From contig CAWDEM010000008.1 in the NCBI GenBank assembly GCA_963801355.1, forward strand, positions 320,001-384,000: a stretch of DNA of 64,000 nt, read 5' to 3'. This DNA comes from Ignavibacteriota bacterium. GTDB taxonomy: Bacteria; Bacteroidota; Ignavibacteria; UBA10030; UBA6906. The notes under the pieces are model-generated. The model was not told the DNA's origin and searched no databases. It saw only the letters and a list, made by a program, of their open reading frames with translations. The translations under genes were made by a program, and so were the position numbers. Positions 1 through 11,131 of this stretch are shown piece after piece (position 1 is the first letter of the stretch; every line of letters begins with the position of its first letter).

Positions 1-183
1 GCAGGATTTCTCCTGCTGGAGAAATCACGCGATGTCCTGCCGTCATGGTTGGTGTTCATCAGCGATGTGAACATCGCGGGCATGCTGAGTTTCATTTTGG
101 CGGCGCTAGGCATGATTGTGGGTTCTCTTGTCACGCAACACACCTCACCCCCCAAACAGCTGCAACAGGTGGAGGAATCATGA
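1..183 (+). CDS. 3' end of a membrane protein, probably a sodium:solute symporter (partial)
   Basis: Frame 1 is open from the window edge (...VNIAGMLSFILAALGMIVGSLVTQHTSPPKQLQQVEES*). Hydrophobic last helix resembles SSS C-termini; TGA 181-183 overlaps the next ATG. Confidence 0.6.
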   Translation, partial: AGFLLLEKSRDVLPSWLVFISDVNIAGMLSFILAALGMIVGSLVTQHTSPPKQLQQVEES

Positions 184-326
184 CGGACGGTGCGCTCTTC
201 TGGTTGGTCGTCCTCGCAGTGGCTGCGCTTCTCTTCTTCGGCATCGCTCTGGTCGTGTCGATCCGCGGTGTCGGCGACCTGCGTGATCTCCTCAGCCGCT
301 CCTCGCGCCGGGGAGACAACGAATGA
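180..326 (+). CDS. 48-aa single-TM protein, likely SSS symporter accessory subunit
   Basis: GGAGG RBS, ATG at 180, one hydrophobic helix, ATGA overlaps with both neighbours. Confidence 0.65.
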   Translation: MTDGALFWLVVLAVAALLFFGIALVVSIRGVGDLRDLLSRSSRRGDNE

Positions 327-2017
327 TCCTGGGGCTCGCAACAATCGATTTTGCAGTGATCATCCTCTATCTCGTCGGCATCACGTACATCGGCTTCCGT
401 TCCTCCCGGTCCGTGAAAAGCTCGGGCGATTTCTTCATGGGCGGCCGGCGCTTTGGCAAGCTCTCGATGATAGCGAAGGCCTTCGGAGTGGGGACGCGGG
501 TGGATCATGTCGTCGCGGTCACCGGGGCCTCGTATGAGGTCGGCATGTCCGGCGTGTGGTATCAGTGGCTTTACATTTTCAGTACACCTTTCTTCTGGAT
601 TATCGCGCCAATCTACCGGCGGCTCCGCTATGTGACCACGGGAGACTTCTTTGAGGAACGGTACGGGACGTCTGCGGCGGCGGCCTATACCTTCGGGGCG
701 TTGCTGTTTCTGGCGGTCGAGATCGGCATGATGCTCCGCGGCACGGCGACCACAGTCGAAGCGCTCACGCAGGGTGCATTGAGTGCGGATGTGATGATAC
801 TCGTTGCTACGCTCGCCTTCATCGGCTACAGCAGCGTTGGCGGACTTGTTGCCGCCGTGTCCACCAAGGTCCTCCAGAGTTTTCTGATCCTCGTACTCTC
901 GCTCCTGCTGGTGCCGTTTGCGCTCTCTCGCGTCGGTGGGTTCGAACAATTGCACCGCACGCTGCCTACGGCCATGTTCGACCTGTTTTCCTCCCTGGAA
1001 GTGAGGCCATTCTTCATCCTGATGGTAACCATTAACGGACTGGTCGGCGTCATCGCCATGCCCCACCACATGTCTATCGGAGGAGCTGGAAAGTCAGAGA
1101 ACGAGCTGCAGGACCGGGTGGACGTACGGTAACGTTGTGAAGCGATTCGCAACCCTGGCCTGGGCATTTACCGGGGTCATTGGCGCCGCGCTGTTTCCGA
1201 CACTGGTGGTAGGCGGTCACCGCGAACAGGCCCTCGGAATGCTCATTTTGAATCTCCTTCCCGCCGGTCTGGTGGGACTCATGATCGCGGCGATGCTGGC
1301 TTCCCTCATGGCCGTGTGCGATGCGTACATGATTGACGGCGCTGCCCTCTATACGCGCAACGTGTACAGGAAACTCGCCCGGGCGGCAGCTGACGATCAG
1401 AAGGTCTTGCGGGTCGGGAGGATCTCCTCTATCGCCGTGGCTGTGGCGGGCGTCGGATTCGCGTTCCTCCTCTCGGACGTGGTGACCGGCCTGACAATCA
1501 TCTGGAAAATTACCGCGTTTCTCGGCATTCCTTTCTGGATAGCGGTTTTCTGGCAACGGGGCAACCGCTACGGTCTCTGGGCCTCGCTGGCCGCCACGAC
1601 GGCGGTGCATTCGGAACGCAAACCCTCGGGTGGAACCTGGCGGACCAGATTGCCGCGTACCTGCCGGCAGGCATAATCGTGTTTGTGCTGGTGAGCCTAC
1701 TGACTCCTCCGGAGCCGGAAGAAAAGCTGAAGGCATTCTATCTGTTGCTGCACACTCCGGTGGGAGAGGAGGCCCGGCTTGCGGAAGCCGGTGTGCAGCC
1801 CGTGCTGCAGGGGCAATCGGAGGCGTCGCCTTCGGCGGAATCGGGCGTTCCCCTTGAACAACAGGGCCACAGTCTGCTCCTGGTAGATCTGCTCTCACTC
1901 GTCCGCACGTTTTCCTTCAAACGCTATCGGGTTGACATCGTCGGGTTCCTCGCGGCGACAATATTGATACTCGCGATCATTGGCAGCGGTATACTGCTTG
2001 CTCGCATTGGGACTTGA
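323..2017 (+). CDS. Sodium:solute symporter family protein (two frameshifts, ~1105 and ~1610)
   Basis: DFFMGGRRFG and LRYVTTGDFFEERYG motifs; ORFs 323-1132, 1137-1676 and 1679-2017 are consecutive parts of one SSF protein. Confidence 0.85.
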
Positions 2018-2034
2018 ATCTCCGGAGTGGCACC

Positions 2035-3915
2035 ATGCTCTTCCCCCAACAGAATGCATATCGTACCATCCTCGACCTGAGCGGGTACTGGAACTTCAGG
2101 CCTGATCCAGACGACGCCGGCAAGAACGACTCGTGGTTCTCGAAGGGTCTGCCGGAAGAGACCTCGTTGATTGCCGTCCCCGGTGCCTGGAACGAACAGC
2201 TCGCAGAGAGGGGCCTGAAGAACTTCGTCGGCTGCGGATGGTACGAGACATCTTTTATGTCGCCCCGGTTTGACAAAGCGGCGAATCGGCTCCTGCTGCG
2301 GATGGGCGCTGCAGATCACCGTGCCTCGGTCTGGTTGAACGGAACACCGTGCGGCTCCCACGAAGGCGGGTACCTGCCGTTCGAAGTGGATCTCACCGAA
2401 ACGCTGCGCGCGGAGGGGGCCTCCAACCGTCTGGTGATCTGTGTCGACAGCCGGCTGACCATGGAGACAATCCCGCAGGGAATCGATCCCGACGCAGCTC
2501 CTTACAACGGTGCAGGGTACGATCGACGTCACCTGTTTCCTCCGACGCGGTTTGACTTTTTTCCGTACGGCGGTCTCACGCGTCCGGTGCAGCTTCTTCT
2601 TGTGCCGGCCACCCGGGTCACATCTATTGCCGTGCAGAGTTCTTTAGCCGGGAGAGTGCATCTTACCGTCGGCGCAACAGGGGCAGGTGCCGTCGGATCA
2701 TTGGAAGTCCATGACGGGGACACGGTGTGCGTGGCACGGTCCGTCGACCTCGCCTTCGAGCACGGCAAGGCAGACTGCATTGTCGACATTCCCAATCCCC
2801 TGCTCTGGTCTCCTTCGACACCACACTTGTACTCGGCCGTGATACATCTCTGGGATTCTTCGGGGGAGGAGGTCGACAGGTACGCCCAGCCGTTCGGCAT
2901 TCGCGAGGTCGCGATCAAGGATGGCACGTTGCTCCTGAACGGGGAGCCGGTCTATCTTGCGGGTTTTGGCAAGCACGAGGATTTCCCGATCGTGGGACGC
3001 GGCCAGTTCCGCCCGGCGTATGTCCGCGATTTCGAACTGATGCGGTGGGTTGGGGCGAATTCGTTCCGGACGAGCCACTATCCGTACGACGAGGAAGTCC
3101 TGGACCTGGCCGACCGGCTGGGATTTCTGGTGATCGACGAAGTTGCAGCGGTCAGCCTGGGATTCCCGTCCGACCGGTTCGAGGATCTGCCCGCATTACT
3201 GGATGTTCACCGCCGGACGCTCACGGACCTCATCGAACGGGACGGGAATCATCCCAGTGTCATTGCCTGGTCGCCCATGAATGAGCCGAACCTCTGGAGC
3301 GAGCCGCACTACCAGAACGACGCAAGCCGCCGCTATTTCCGTTCCGTCTTTGACCATGTGCGCAGTCTCGATCCCACGCGCCCCACCATCGCAATCACGA
3401 TGGGGGTATATTCGGCGGAGGACGTCGCACTCGAGGCCTCGGACATGATTGGGATCAACAGGTATTTCGGCTGGTACACCGAGCCGGGGGAGTTGGGGAG
3501 GGCACGAGCGTCGCTGGAAAAGGAGATGGACGCGATCCACGCGAGGTACGGACGTCCGGTGATGATCACCGAGTGCGGCGTGGACACGCTGGAGGGATAT
3601 CACGCGACCACGGCGCAGATGTTCACGGAGGAATATCAGATCGAATTTCTGCGGACGTACGCATCGGTGGCCGACCGGAAGCCATTCTGCGCCGGATTTC
3701 ACGTCTGGAACTTTGCGGACTTCCTGACGCCGCAGCATTACCGGCGAGTGGTTCTCAACAAGAAAGGTGTATTTACGCGCGAACGGAATCCGAAAGGTGC
3801 AGCATTTTTCCTGCGGGAGCACTGGAGATCTCTGACCCGCATTAGGGCGAACCACCGGCCAAAGGGTCAGAGCGGATCGTTTCTCGTCGAGGATGTGAAG
3901 GCCAGCGGTAAGTAA
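2035..3915 (+). CDS. uidA: GH2 beta-glucuronidase
   Basis: GFGKHED, NSFRTSHYPY, acid/base NEP, YFGWY, nucleophile ITECG and GUS-type NKKG motif. Confidence 0.85.
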   Translation: MLFPQQNAYRTILDLSGYWNFRPDPDDAGKNDSWFSKGLPEETSLIAVPGAWNEQLAERGLKNFVGCGWYETSFMSPRFDKAANRLLLRMGAADHRASVWLNGTPCGSHEGGYLPFEVDLTETLRAEGASNRLVICVDSRLTMETIPQGIDPDAAPYNGAGYDRRHLFPPTRFDFFPYGGLTRPVQLLLVPATRVTSIAVQSSLAGRVHLTVGATGAGAVGSLEVHDGDTVCVARSVDLAFEHGKADCIVDIPNPLLWSPSTPHLYSAVIHLWDSSGEEVDRYAQPFGIREVAIKDGTLLLNGEPVYLAGFGKHEDFPIVGRGQFRPAYVRDFELMRWVGANSFRTSHYPYDEEVLDLADRLGFLVIDEVAAVSLGFPSDRFEDLPALLDVHRRTLTDLIERDGNHPSVIAWSPMNEPNLWSEPHYQNDASRRYFRSVFDHVRSLDPTRPTIAITMGVYSAEDVALEASDMIGINRYFGWYTEPGELGRARASLEKEMDAIHARYGRPVMITECGVDTLEGYHATTAQMFTEEYQIEFLRTYASVADRKPFCAGFHVWNFADFLTPQHYRRVVLNKKGVFTRERNPKGAAFFLREHWRSLTRIRANHRPKGQSGSFLVEDVKASGK

Positions 3916-3935
3916 TCACAACGGATACATCGACA

Positions 3936-6506
3936 ATGCGGAAACTCCTCCTGACCGTCGTTCTCTGTGGCATGTGTATCTGTCCATCCCGGAGCGAACA
4001 GCGTACGGTGCCAATAGTGCCCCAACCCCGAGTGATCAGGGAGCTGGGCGGGTACGTCACCTTCATCCCGTCACAAACGTCCATCCAGCTCGCTATCCGC
4101 GATACCGCCGCTGTCATGCCGGCGATCAACGATCTCTGCTCGACCTCCGTTGCGCTCTATGGCAAGGCGCCATCGTTCGCAGGGAAAGGCCGCCTTCTCA
4201 TCAGGGCAGGCGTCTTTGGCGATGATCCTCGGTTTGACCGCTTCTGTGCAAGGAAAGGACTTGCCGCGGAGGACCACCTGGGAGAAGAAGGCTATCAACT
4301 GCTGATCGAACCCGGAACCATCCTCGTGGCAGGCCGATCGCCTCGCGGTGTTTTCTACGGACTCCAATCATTCCGTCAGCTTCTCAGAGGAGCAGCCTCG
4401 TCAAAGGGCAGGATACCGGCCGTAAGGGTGAGCGATTGGCCGGACATCCGTGTCCGTGCGGTGATGGACGACATCAGCCGGGGACCGGTGCCGACGCCCG
4501 CATACTTCCGTCAGCAGATCCGGAGGTGTGCTGAGCTGAAGGTGAACACGATGTCCTACTACACAGAGCATGTCGTAGCCACGAGGAGTCACCCGGAGTT
4601 CGCACCCCCCGGAGGAGCGCTCAGCATCGATGAGTGGAAAGAGATCGCTGCCTTTGCCCGCACGTACCATATCGATCTCATCGGCAACTTCCAGTCATTC
4701 GGCCATTTCGACAAGATCCTGGCCACGCCCCGGTATGCGCATCTGAAGGATGGCAAGAGCTTGCTTTCTCCCGCACTCGATGAGAGTTATGCGTTGCTCC
4801 GGGATGTCTACGAGGAGATGGTTCCGGCATTCTCATCACGGTTCTTCAACGTAAACTGTGACGAAACATTTGACCTGGGACGCGGGCGATCCAAAGCGAT
4901 GGTGGACAGTCTCGGAAAGGGGAGGGTGTACCTCGGGCACATTCTGAAACTCAGAGAGATGCTCCAGCGCCTGGGGGTGCGTATGGTCATGTGGGGGGAC
5001 GTCTTGCTCGAGCACCCCGAAGTGATCGAACTTGTTCCCAGGGATGTCCTCATCGGGACCTGGACATACGACTCGCTCGCCGACTTCCGCCGTTACATCA
5101 CGCCCTTCACATCCCGGGGGTTCGATGTGCTCGTCACCCCCGGGGTGCTGAATTCAGGGAATGTCCTTCCCAATTTCCGACAGTCATTTGCCAACATCCG
5201 GCGGTTTGTCCGCGACGGCGTGGCGGAGAACGTCATGGGCGCGATCACAACGGTATGGGATGACGGGGGGACGGCGCAGTTCATGAGAGACTGGTACGGC
5301 GTGGCGTATGCCGCCGATCAGATGTGGAATTCCGACACGCTCGACACATCGTTCCCGCAGCGATTCGACGTCGCGCTGTACGGCGACCAACAGCACGCAC
5401 TCTCGCGGGGCATTGACACACTCCTTCAGCTGGCTGATCTTGCGCCGACAGACGGCATGAGTGAACGGAATCTCTGGCAGCCCGTTATCCCGCCTCCGGG
5501 CCAGTCGATGCGCCTCGATATGACAGATTGGGAACGGGTGCTTTCAACTGCGGACGCGGCGGATACCGTTCTTCGCAGCGGTCACTCTCAGGTATGGCCG
5601 GAGGATCTGGATGCAATGCGGTTCGTTGCAGAGCTCTACGCCGGAGCGGCCCGGTTGCGTCTTGGCATCCGCGATGCGGCGGAACGTTACAGCGTCGCGG
5701 TGCAGGACCAGCAGCCAGAACCCGGGCGCGCCCGGGAGGATGTCGTGGTAGCTTTGAATATTGTCGCGAATTTGCGCGACGAGTACGGGCGGCTGAAGAC
5801 CCGTGCCATCACGACGTGGCTGATGGAGAGTCGCCTCTTCGCTCTTGATTCGGTGGAGCGTTCCTATGACGATCGAATCCGGGATCTGTCGGATGTAGAA
5901 CAGCACCTCCGTGCTGCGCTGGCCGGCTTTGAACAGGGCCGACCCCTTCCAGTGCCGGAGACAGTGCGACTCGGCATCATCGAATCGACAGGAGGGTATT
6001 TCCGCGACTGGCTCGTTACGGGACCCATAGAGGGAAACGAGATCACGACGGACTATCTTTCTCCCATGGGAGGCGAAGCACGGAACATCCGGCCTCGTGT
6101 GACGCAGGAATTCGTCCGCGCCGGCAAAACCTACAGATGGAGCAGGCTCTCGGCTCGCACCGCGGCGGAAATTGATTTTCCGCAGTTATTCCCCCAGGCG
6201 GGCAAGTCGACAATGTATGCCTATGCGACGATTGAGAGCCCTGCTGCCATGACAGTTCCCGCGCTCCTGGGTTTTGGAGGGAGCGTGCGTGTTTTCATCA
6301 ACGGCATCCAGGTCTACCAGCGTGAGGGCCGGGAGAGCTTGGTCGTCGATGCAGACACGGTCTATGCTTCCTCTCAGCCACGGAATCAATCACCTCCTGA
6401 TCAAGGTCTCCGGCGGGACGTCCGGCGATTGGGGATTCTCCTGGCGCCTCGCCGATTCCTCCGTGCGGAACAGGAAAAACCGGTACCGAATCGTCTGCAG
6501 AACTGA
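3936..6506 (+). CDS. Secreted GH20-family beta-N-acetylhexosaminidase with C-terminal extension (frameshift near 6360)
   Basis: Signal peptide, GH20 domain-2 motifs (GEEGYQL, GVFYGLQS), DISRGPVP, catalytic DE pair (NCDE), MWGD, TTVWDD. Confidence 0.8.
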   Translation: MRKLLLTVVLCGMCICPSRSEQRTVPIVPQPRVIRELGGYVTFIPSQTSIQLAIRDTAAVMPAINDLCSTSVALYGKAPSFAGKGRLLIRAGVFGDDPRFDRFCARKGLAAEDHLGEEGYQLLIEPGTILVAGRSPRGVFYGLQSFRQLLRGAASSKGRIPAVRVSDWPDIRVRAVMDDISRGPVPTPAYFRQQIRRCAELKVNTMSYYTEHVVATRSHPEFAPPGGALSIDEWKEIAAFARTYHIDLIGNFQSFGHFDKILATPRYAHLKDGKSLLSPALDESYALLRDVYEEMVPAFSSRFFNVNCDETFDLGRGRSKAMVDSLGKGRVYLGHILKLREMLQRLGVRMVMWGDVLLEHPEVIELVPRDVLIGTWTYDSLADFRRYITPFTSRGFDVLVTPGVLNSGNVLPNFRQSFANIRRFVRDGVAENVMGAITTVWDDGGTAQFMRDWYGVAYAADQMWNSDTLDTSFPQRFDVALYGDQQHALSRGIDTLLQLADLAPTDGMSERNLWQPVIPPPGQSMRLDMTDWERVLSTADAADTVLRSGHSQVWPEDLDAMRFVAELYAGAARLRLGIRDAAERYSVAVQDQQPEPGRAREDVVVALNIVANLRDEYGRLKTRAITTWLMESRLFALDSVERSYDDRIRDLSDVEQHLRAALAGFEQGRPLPVPETVRLGIIESTGGYFRDWLVTGPIEGNEITTDYLSPMGGEARNIRPRVTQEFVRAGKTYRWSRLSARTAAEIDFPQLFPQAGKSTMYAYATIESPAAMTVPALLGFGGSVRVFINGIQVYQREGRESLVVDADTVYASSQPRNQSPPDQGLRRDVRRLGILLAPRRFLRAEQEKPVPNRLQN

Positions 6507-6517
6507 AGGCTCGCGAC

Positions 6518-7778
6518 ATGACATCACAACGTATCATTCCGTTCCTCTCCTTTGTGCTCCTTCTGTGCCCTCGACGGGCGCGCAGACAACCACGGGCGAC
6601 CTCCGGAAAGAGGTTCTCAATGCCATCGTTTCATGTTCGGACTACATGACCGAGGTGCTGATCGACAGTACGGGCAAATCCCGATGTGATTACCAGATGG
6701 TGAACGGCCGATGGAAGGACTATGAGCCACCATGGCACACCGGACAGCTCATCTACGCTCTGGTGGAAGCACACCGCGTGACCGGGAACAACGCTATCTC
6801 GATGCGGCACGGAAGGCCGGGGACTGGTGGGTCGGGATGGAGATCAGAGACCATCCGGTCCTCAGGGGAATGGTTCGCGCCATTCACGGCGACGGCCTGG
6901 AGTATATCGTGTTCGCCACGGTGTCGGATGGTACACCCGGCCTCTTCCGGTTGCAGCAGGCCACCGGCGAGAAGCGATTTGCCGAAGTCCCGACGAATGC
7001 TGGCCGCTGGATGCTGGCACACATGTACAATCCCCAGTTCCGCGTGTTCTATGATTGCGTGGATCCGCTCACGGGAAAGGTCATGAAAGAGCGAAGCCCT
7101 TTCTGGCCGGAAAAGGAGACGCAGACGATCTTCGATGTCGCACGCCCGAACAATGAGGGATCGCTCTTCAAGGATATGTATCTGTACACGAGGGACGAGC
7201 GCTACCGGACGATGTTCCTTGAACTCTGCGAGAGCCTGCTCTCGTATCAGGACGAGCATGGTCTGTGGATGCAGTTTGTGCCAAACAATGCGAGCGACAG
7301 TTCGTTCCATCCGCGCTTCAATCTGTGGTACGCGGAGTCGTTGCTGGAGGGGTATGCATTGACGAAAGATCCTCGCTACCTGGAGGGCGCCCTGCGAACA
7401 GCCCGGACCTATGCAAAATTCATGCAGAAGGACGGAACCTTCTACTACACAAACTTTCTCAACGGGACATCCAACAAGAACTCCATCTGCGGTTCCGCGA
7501 CTGCATTCTGCGGCATCGTATGGCTCAGGCTTCTCGAGTACGGCGTGGGCGAGGAATTCCGGCCCAAGATCGAGCGTGCCGCAGCTTGGATCCTCAACAA
7601 CAGGTTTGCCCCGGACCATCCCGATCCAAATCTCGCGGGCGGTGTGCTGGAGACGCGGGTACGCACAAAGGGGTCGGGCGTCTGGCTGGTGAATAGAGAC
7701 ATCGCCACGTCGTTCGGTGTCCGGTTTTTGTGCGACTACTATACATGGATGACAAAGGGCGGAGAAGAAGATAAATAG
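6518..7778 (+). CDS. Exported (alpha/alpha)-barrel glycoside hydrolase/lyase-like protein (5' frameshifts)
   Basis: Signal-like start at 6518; DYEPPWHTGQLIYAL in one frame continues into ORF 6732-7778 with repeated 'YxxTxDxRYL' helical-barrel segments. Confidence 0.55.
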
Positions 7779-7826
7779 TGCTACTGCAATAGTCTGACGA
7801 TCGGCATAAACGAGCGGAGGTCATAC

Positions 7827-8579
7827 GTGCAGAATCATGAAGTGGCGGTACACGTGTTTCCGAGCCGTGAGCGGATGGGTGATGCAGCCGGCCAAGCGGT
7901 GCGCGGAGCGCTGTTCGAGGCGCTGAAGAACAAGCCGGAGGCGCGCGTAGTATTTGCCGCCGCCCCGTCCCAGGTGGAGTTTCTCGCCGCACTCGTCCGG
8001 TTTGACGACATCCCCTGGCAACGGGTGATTGGCCTCCACATGGATGAGTACTTCGGTCTTGCGAAGGATGCTCCACAGAGCTTCGGTTTCTTTCTGCGGC
8101 AACATATCTTCGACCGGGTTCCGTTCGGGCGGGTTGAATACATCGATCCGACGACGGTGGACCCCGCCTCCGAGTGCAGGCGCTATGCAGACGTACTGAA
8201 GCAGGCGCCCATCGATATCATGTGCATGGGGATCGGAGAAAACGGGCATATTGCGTTCAACGATCCGCCCATCGCCGATTTTGCCGATCCTCTCACGGTG
8301 AAGATCGCCGATCTCGACGAACGGTGCCGGCAGCAGCAGGTGAACGATGGAAGCTTCCCGACTCTTGCGGACGTGCCGCGGCAGGCCATCACGCTGACTA
8401 TCCCCGCACTTCTCACTTCGCCGAGGATCTTCGTCGTTGTGCCGGGGCCGAGAAAAGCGCAGGCGGTGCATGATGCCCTGCGAGGTCCGGTAAGCAGCGC
8501 GTGCCCGGCTTCTGTGCTCCGGACACATCCCCGGGTGGAATTGTTTCTTGATGCACAGTCGGCCGCACTCTTGAGGTGA
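7827..8579 (+). CDS. nagB: Glucosamine-6-phosphate deaminase/isomerase family
   Basis: HMDEY, GIGENGHIAFNDP and AITLTIP motifs; GGAGG RBS. Confidence 0.85.
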   Translation: MQNHEVAVHVFPSRERMGDAAGQAVRGALFEALKNKPEARVVFAAAPSQVEFLAALVRFDDIPWQRVIGLHMDEYFGLAKDAPQSFGFFLRQHIFDRVPFGRVEYIDPTTVDPASECRRYADVLKQAPIDIMCMGIGENGHIAFNDPPIADFADPLTVKIADLDERCRQQQVNDGSFPTLADVPRQAITLTIPALLTSPRIFVVVPGPRKAQAVHDALRGPVSSACPASVLRTHPRVELFLDAQSAALLR

Positions 8580-8582
8580 ACG

Positions 8583-9821
8583 ATGAGACGGCATGCAAGG
8601 CAAATCCTCCTCGCCGGCTTCATCATTCTGGTCACTGCCTGTACCTGTACGGCCCAGAATGATCCACGGGCGGTGCTTCAGCGCATCACCGACCGGATCG
8701 TGCAACAGACCTCATACCAGATTGTCGACACTGCAACAAAGGCACTCCTCACGGCCGGACAGCTGGGGAAAGTGTCGCACTCCGTGCGGATTGCCAGTGA
8801 CTATAACGACTGGACCTACTTCATGGGAGTGGTCTTGAGCGGAATGATGAGCGTTGCCGATGCAACCGAGGAGGAGGAACTCCGGGCGTACGTCATCCGC
8901 AACTTTGATTTCATTTTTGACTGTCTGCCGTACTTCCAGGAACAATGGGAGGTCCTGCAGGTGAGACGGGCGAGCTATTACCGGATATTCAGGATGAACA
9001 TGCTCGATGACTGCGGCGCAATCGGCGCGGCGCTGGTTGACGCGTATCGGCAGAAGCATGATGAACGGTATCTTCGGATGATCAGGAAAATTGCAAACTA
9101 CATCACCAACGTGCAGCTTCGACTTGAGGATGGGACGCTTTCCCGCCCGGATCCGAGATACATGACCCTCTGGGCAGACGATCTCTATATGAGCGTGCCG
9201 TTCCTTGCGCGCATGGGGACTCTGACAGGCGAGACACGCTACTATGACGATGCGGCGCGTCAGGTGACGGGGTTTCTGTCCAGGTTGACTGACCCGGAGA
9301 CAGGACTTCTCAAACACGCGTGGTTCAGTGACTCGAAGACCGTCTCGGTTGCTTCATGGGGACGGGCAAACGGATGGGCGATCATGGCGCAGACAGAACT
9401 CCTGCGTCACCTGCCGTCCAACTATCCGATGCGGGATTCGCTGGAGCAGCTGTTCCGCCGGCACCTCATGGCGCTCTGCCGTTTCCAGGACGGCGCGGGG
9501 TTGTGGCATCAGGTGCTGGACCATCCGGACTCGTACCTCGAGACCTCATGTACTGCGATGTTCTGTTACGGGCTTGCGTTTGCCGTGAACACCGGGATGA
9601 TCGAAACCTCCTACCGCGACACTGCACACAAAGCCTGGAAGGGAATTGCCTCACGTGTGCGTGAAGACGGCCAGATCGAGGGGATATGCCGCGGGACAGA
9701 AGTGGGATTCGATCTGAAATTCTACTACGATCGTCCGGCACCCCTAAACGATACACGTGGAATCGGTGCTGTACTCCTCGCGGGCGCCGAGCTGATCCGT
9801 CTCGACCGAAAGCAGCGTTGA
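8583..9821 (+). CDS. GH105/GH88 unsaturated uronyl hydrolase
   Basis: LDDCGAIG, WADDLYMSVPFL, WGRANGW, GLWHQVLD and YLETSCTAMF motifs; signal peptide. Confidence 0.85.
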   Translation: MRRHARQILLAGFIILVTACTCTAQNDPRAVLQRITDRIVQQTSYQIVDTATKALLTAGQLGKVSHSVRIASDYNDWTYFMGVVLSGMMSVADATEEEELRAYVIRNFDFIFDCLPYFQEQWEVLQVRRASYYRIFRMNMLDDCGAIGAALVDAYRQKHDERYLRMIRKIANYITNVQLRLEDGTLSRPDPRYMTLWADDLYMSVPFLARMGTLTGETRYYDDAARQVTGFLSRLTDPETGLLKHAWFSDSKTVSVASWGRANGWAIMAQTELLRHLPSNYPMRDSLEQLFRRHLMALCRFQDGAGLWHQVLDHPDSYLETSCTAMFCYGLAFAVNTGMIETSYRDTAHKAWKGIASRVREDGQIEGICRGTEVGFDLKFYYDRPAPLNDTRGIGAVLLAGAELIRLDRKQR

Positions 9822-9875
9822 AGCGATACGGCAGACATCCATCACGCCTCTACCACGCAGCATGCTGACGGTGGT

Positions 9876-11089
9876 ATGACACTCCAGGACCTCACCCCGT
9901 ATCTGGACGACCTCGAACAACGGATTGACGAGGCCGCAGAAGCCTCACTTTTCGAGGCTTGGGTGGAGTTCGCGGAGGGACGGTGCAGTGAGCCGCTGTT
10001 CGCGCCTTACAGGTCTCTACGGAGACCTCCCAATCTTGACTGGCCCGCGACAGTCTCAATTCGACTCTCTCCGATCCGCTGTTGATGCTCTACCATCAGC
10101 TTTCGGTGAACTCCAGAATCCTTGCCGGGGGAACCGGCGCACTACTCGGTATTCGTGCGAACTTTGGCACGCCGATTCTCCCTTCGATGTACGGCGCCAG
10201 TCTCTACCTGATGCCGGAGGCAACAGACACTCTTCCTACCTGCTACCCGCTCCCGGGCGGGTTGGACGATGCACTCCGACTTCTGGACAAGGGAGGGCCG
10301 GATCTGACAGCGGGCCTGGCCCGCGCGGTGCTCGAAACGGGAGAGCTTTTCCGCGACGTGCTCCGGGAGCGCCCGCGTCTTGCGCGTCGCATTACACTCT
10401 ATCACCCTGATTTGCAGGGTCCGATGGATGTGTGTGAACTTCTTGTGGGGAGTGAACTCTTTACCGATCTCATCGATCGTCCGGAGGAAGTCCACGCCGT
10501 GCTGCGGTCAATTACGGGAACCTATGCGAGATTTATGAGACGCTGGCTGGAGATCGTCCCGCCGATGGAGCGTTGGAGTGTTCACTGGCATATGCTTCAC
10601 CGCGGACGGATCATGCTACGGGATGATTCTGCCACGAACCTGTCGCCGGCGATGTTCGAGGAGTTCATCAAGCCGTACGACCAGGAGCTGCTTGAAGCGT
10701 TTGGCGGTGGGGGGATACACTTCTGCGGCAGGGGAGACCGGTTCATTGGGATGGCCGCGACCATCCCACGTCTGCACGCGATCCATATGTCCCAACCGGA
10801 GCTCAATGATGTCGAGAAGGTTCTCCGGCACACGGTTGACAGAGGGATCCATATCATCGGACTGAAGCGCGAGGCCGGGCAGCAGCTGGCACGGCGGGGG
10901 AGTCGACTCGGGGGCGTGTCCACATTGCTGGGACGGGATTCCGAAGTGACCGGTCCGAAGCGTTCGACAGCCTCATCGACTTCACAACACTACGTCCGTA
11001 TTATCTCACTATGGGACGGCTGCTTCAGGCCGACATCACGCGCCGTTCTGCTCCCAATGCGGTTTCATTTTCAACATCGGTGTCTCTGA
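9876..11089 (+). CDS. Uroporphyrinogen decarboxylase/MtaA-CmuA-like TIM-barrel protein (frameshift ~10070; true 3' end uncertain)
   Basis: PDLQGPMD, RPEEVHAVL, DDSATNLSPAMFEEFIKPY and IHFCG motifs. Confidence 0.65.
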
Positions 11090-11131
11090 CTTCATCCATC
11101 GACCACCACCGAACATCCAGGACGAAACGTT

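Noticed and set aside
323-10100. Split ORFs as programmed frameshifting or stop-codon recoding
   Set aside because: Breaks are scattered 1-nt indels in unrelated genes with no slippery sites, in-frame stops or SECIS-like elements; sequencing error is the simpler explanation
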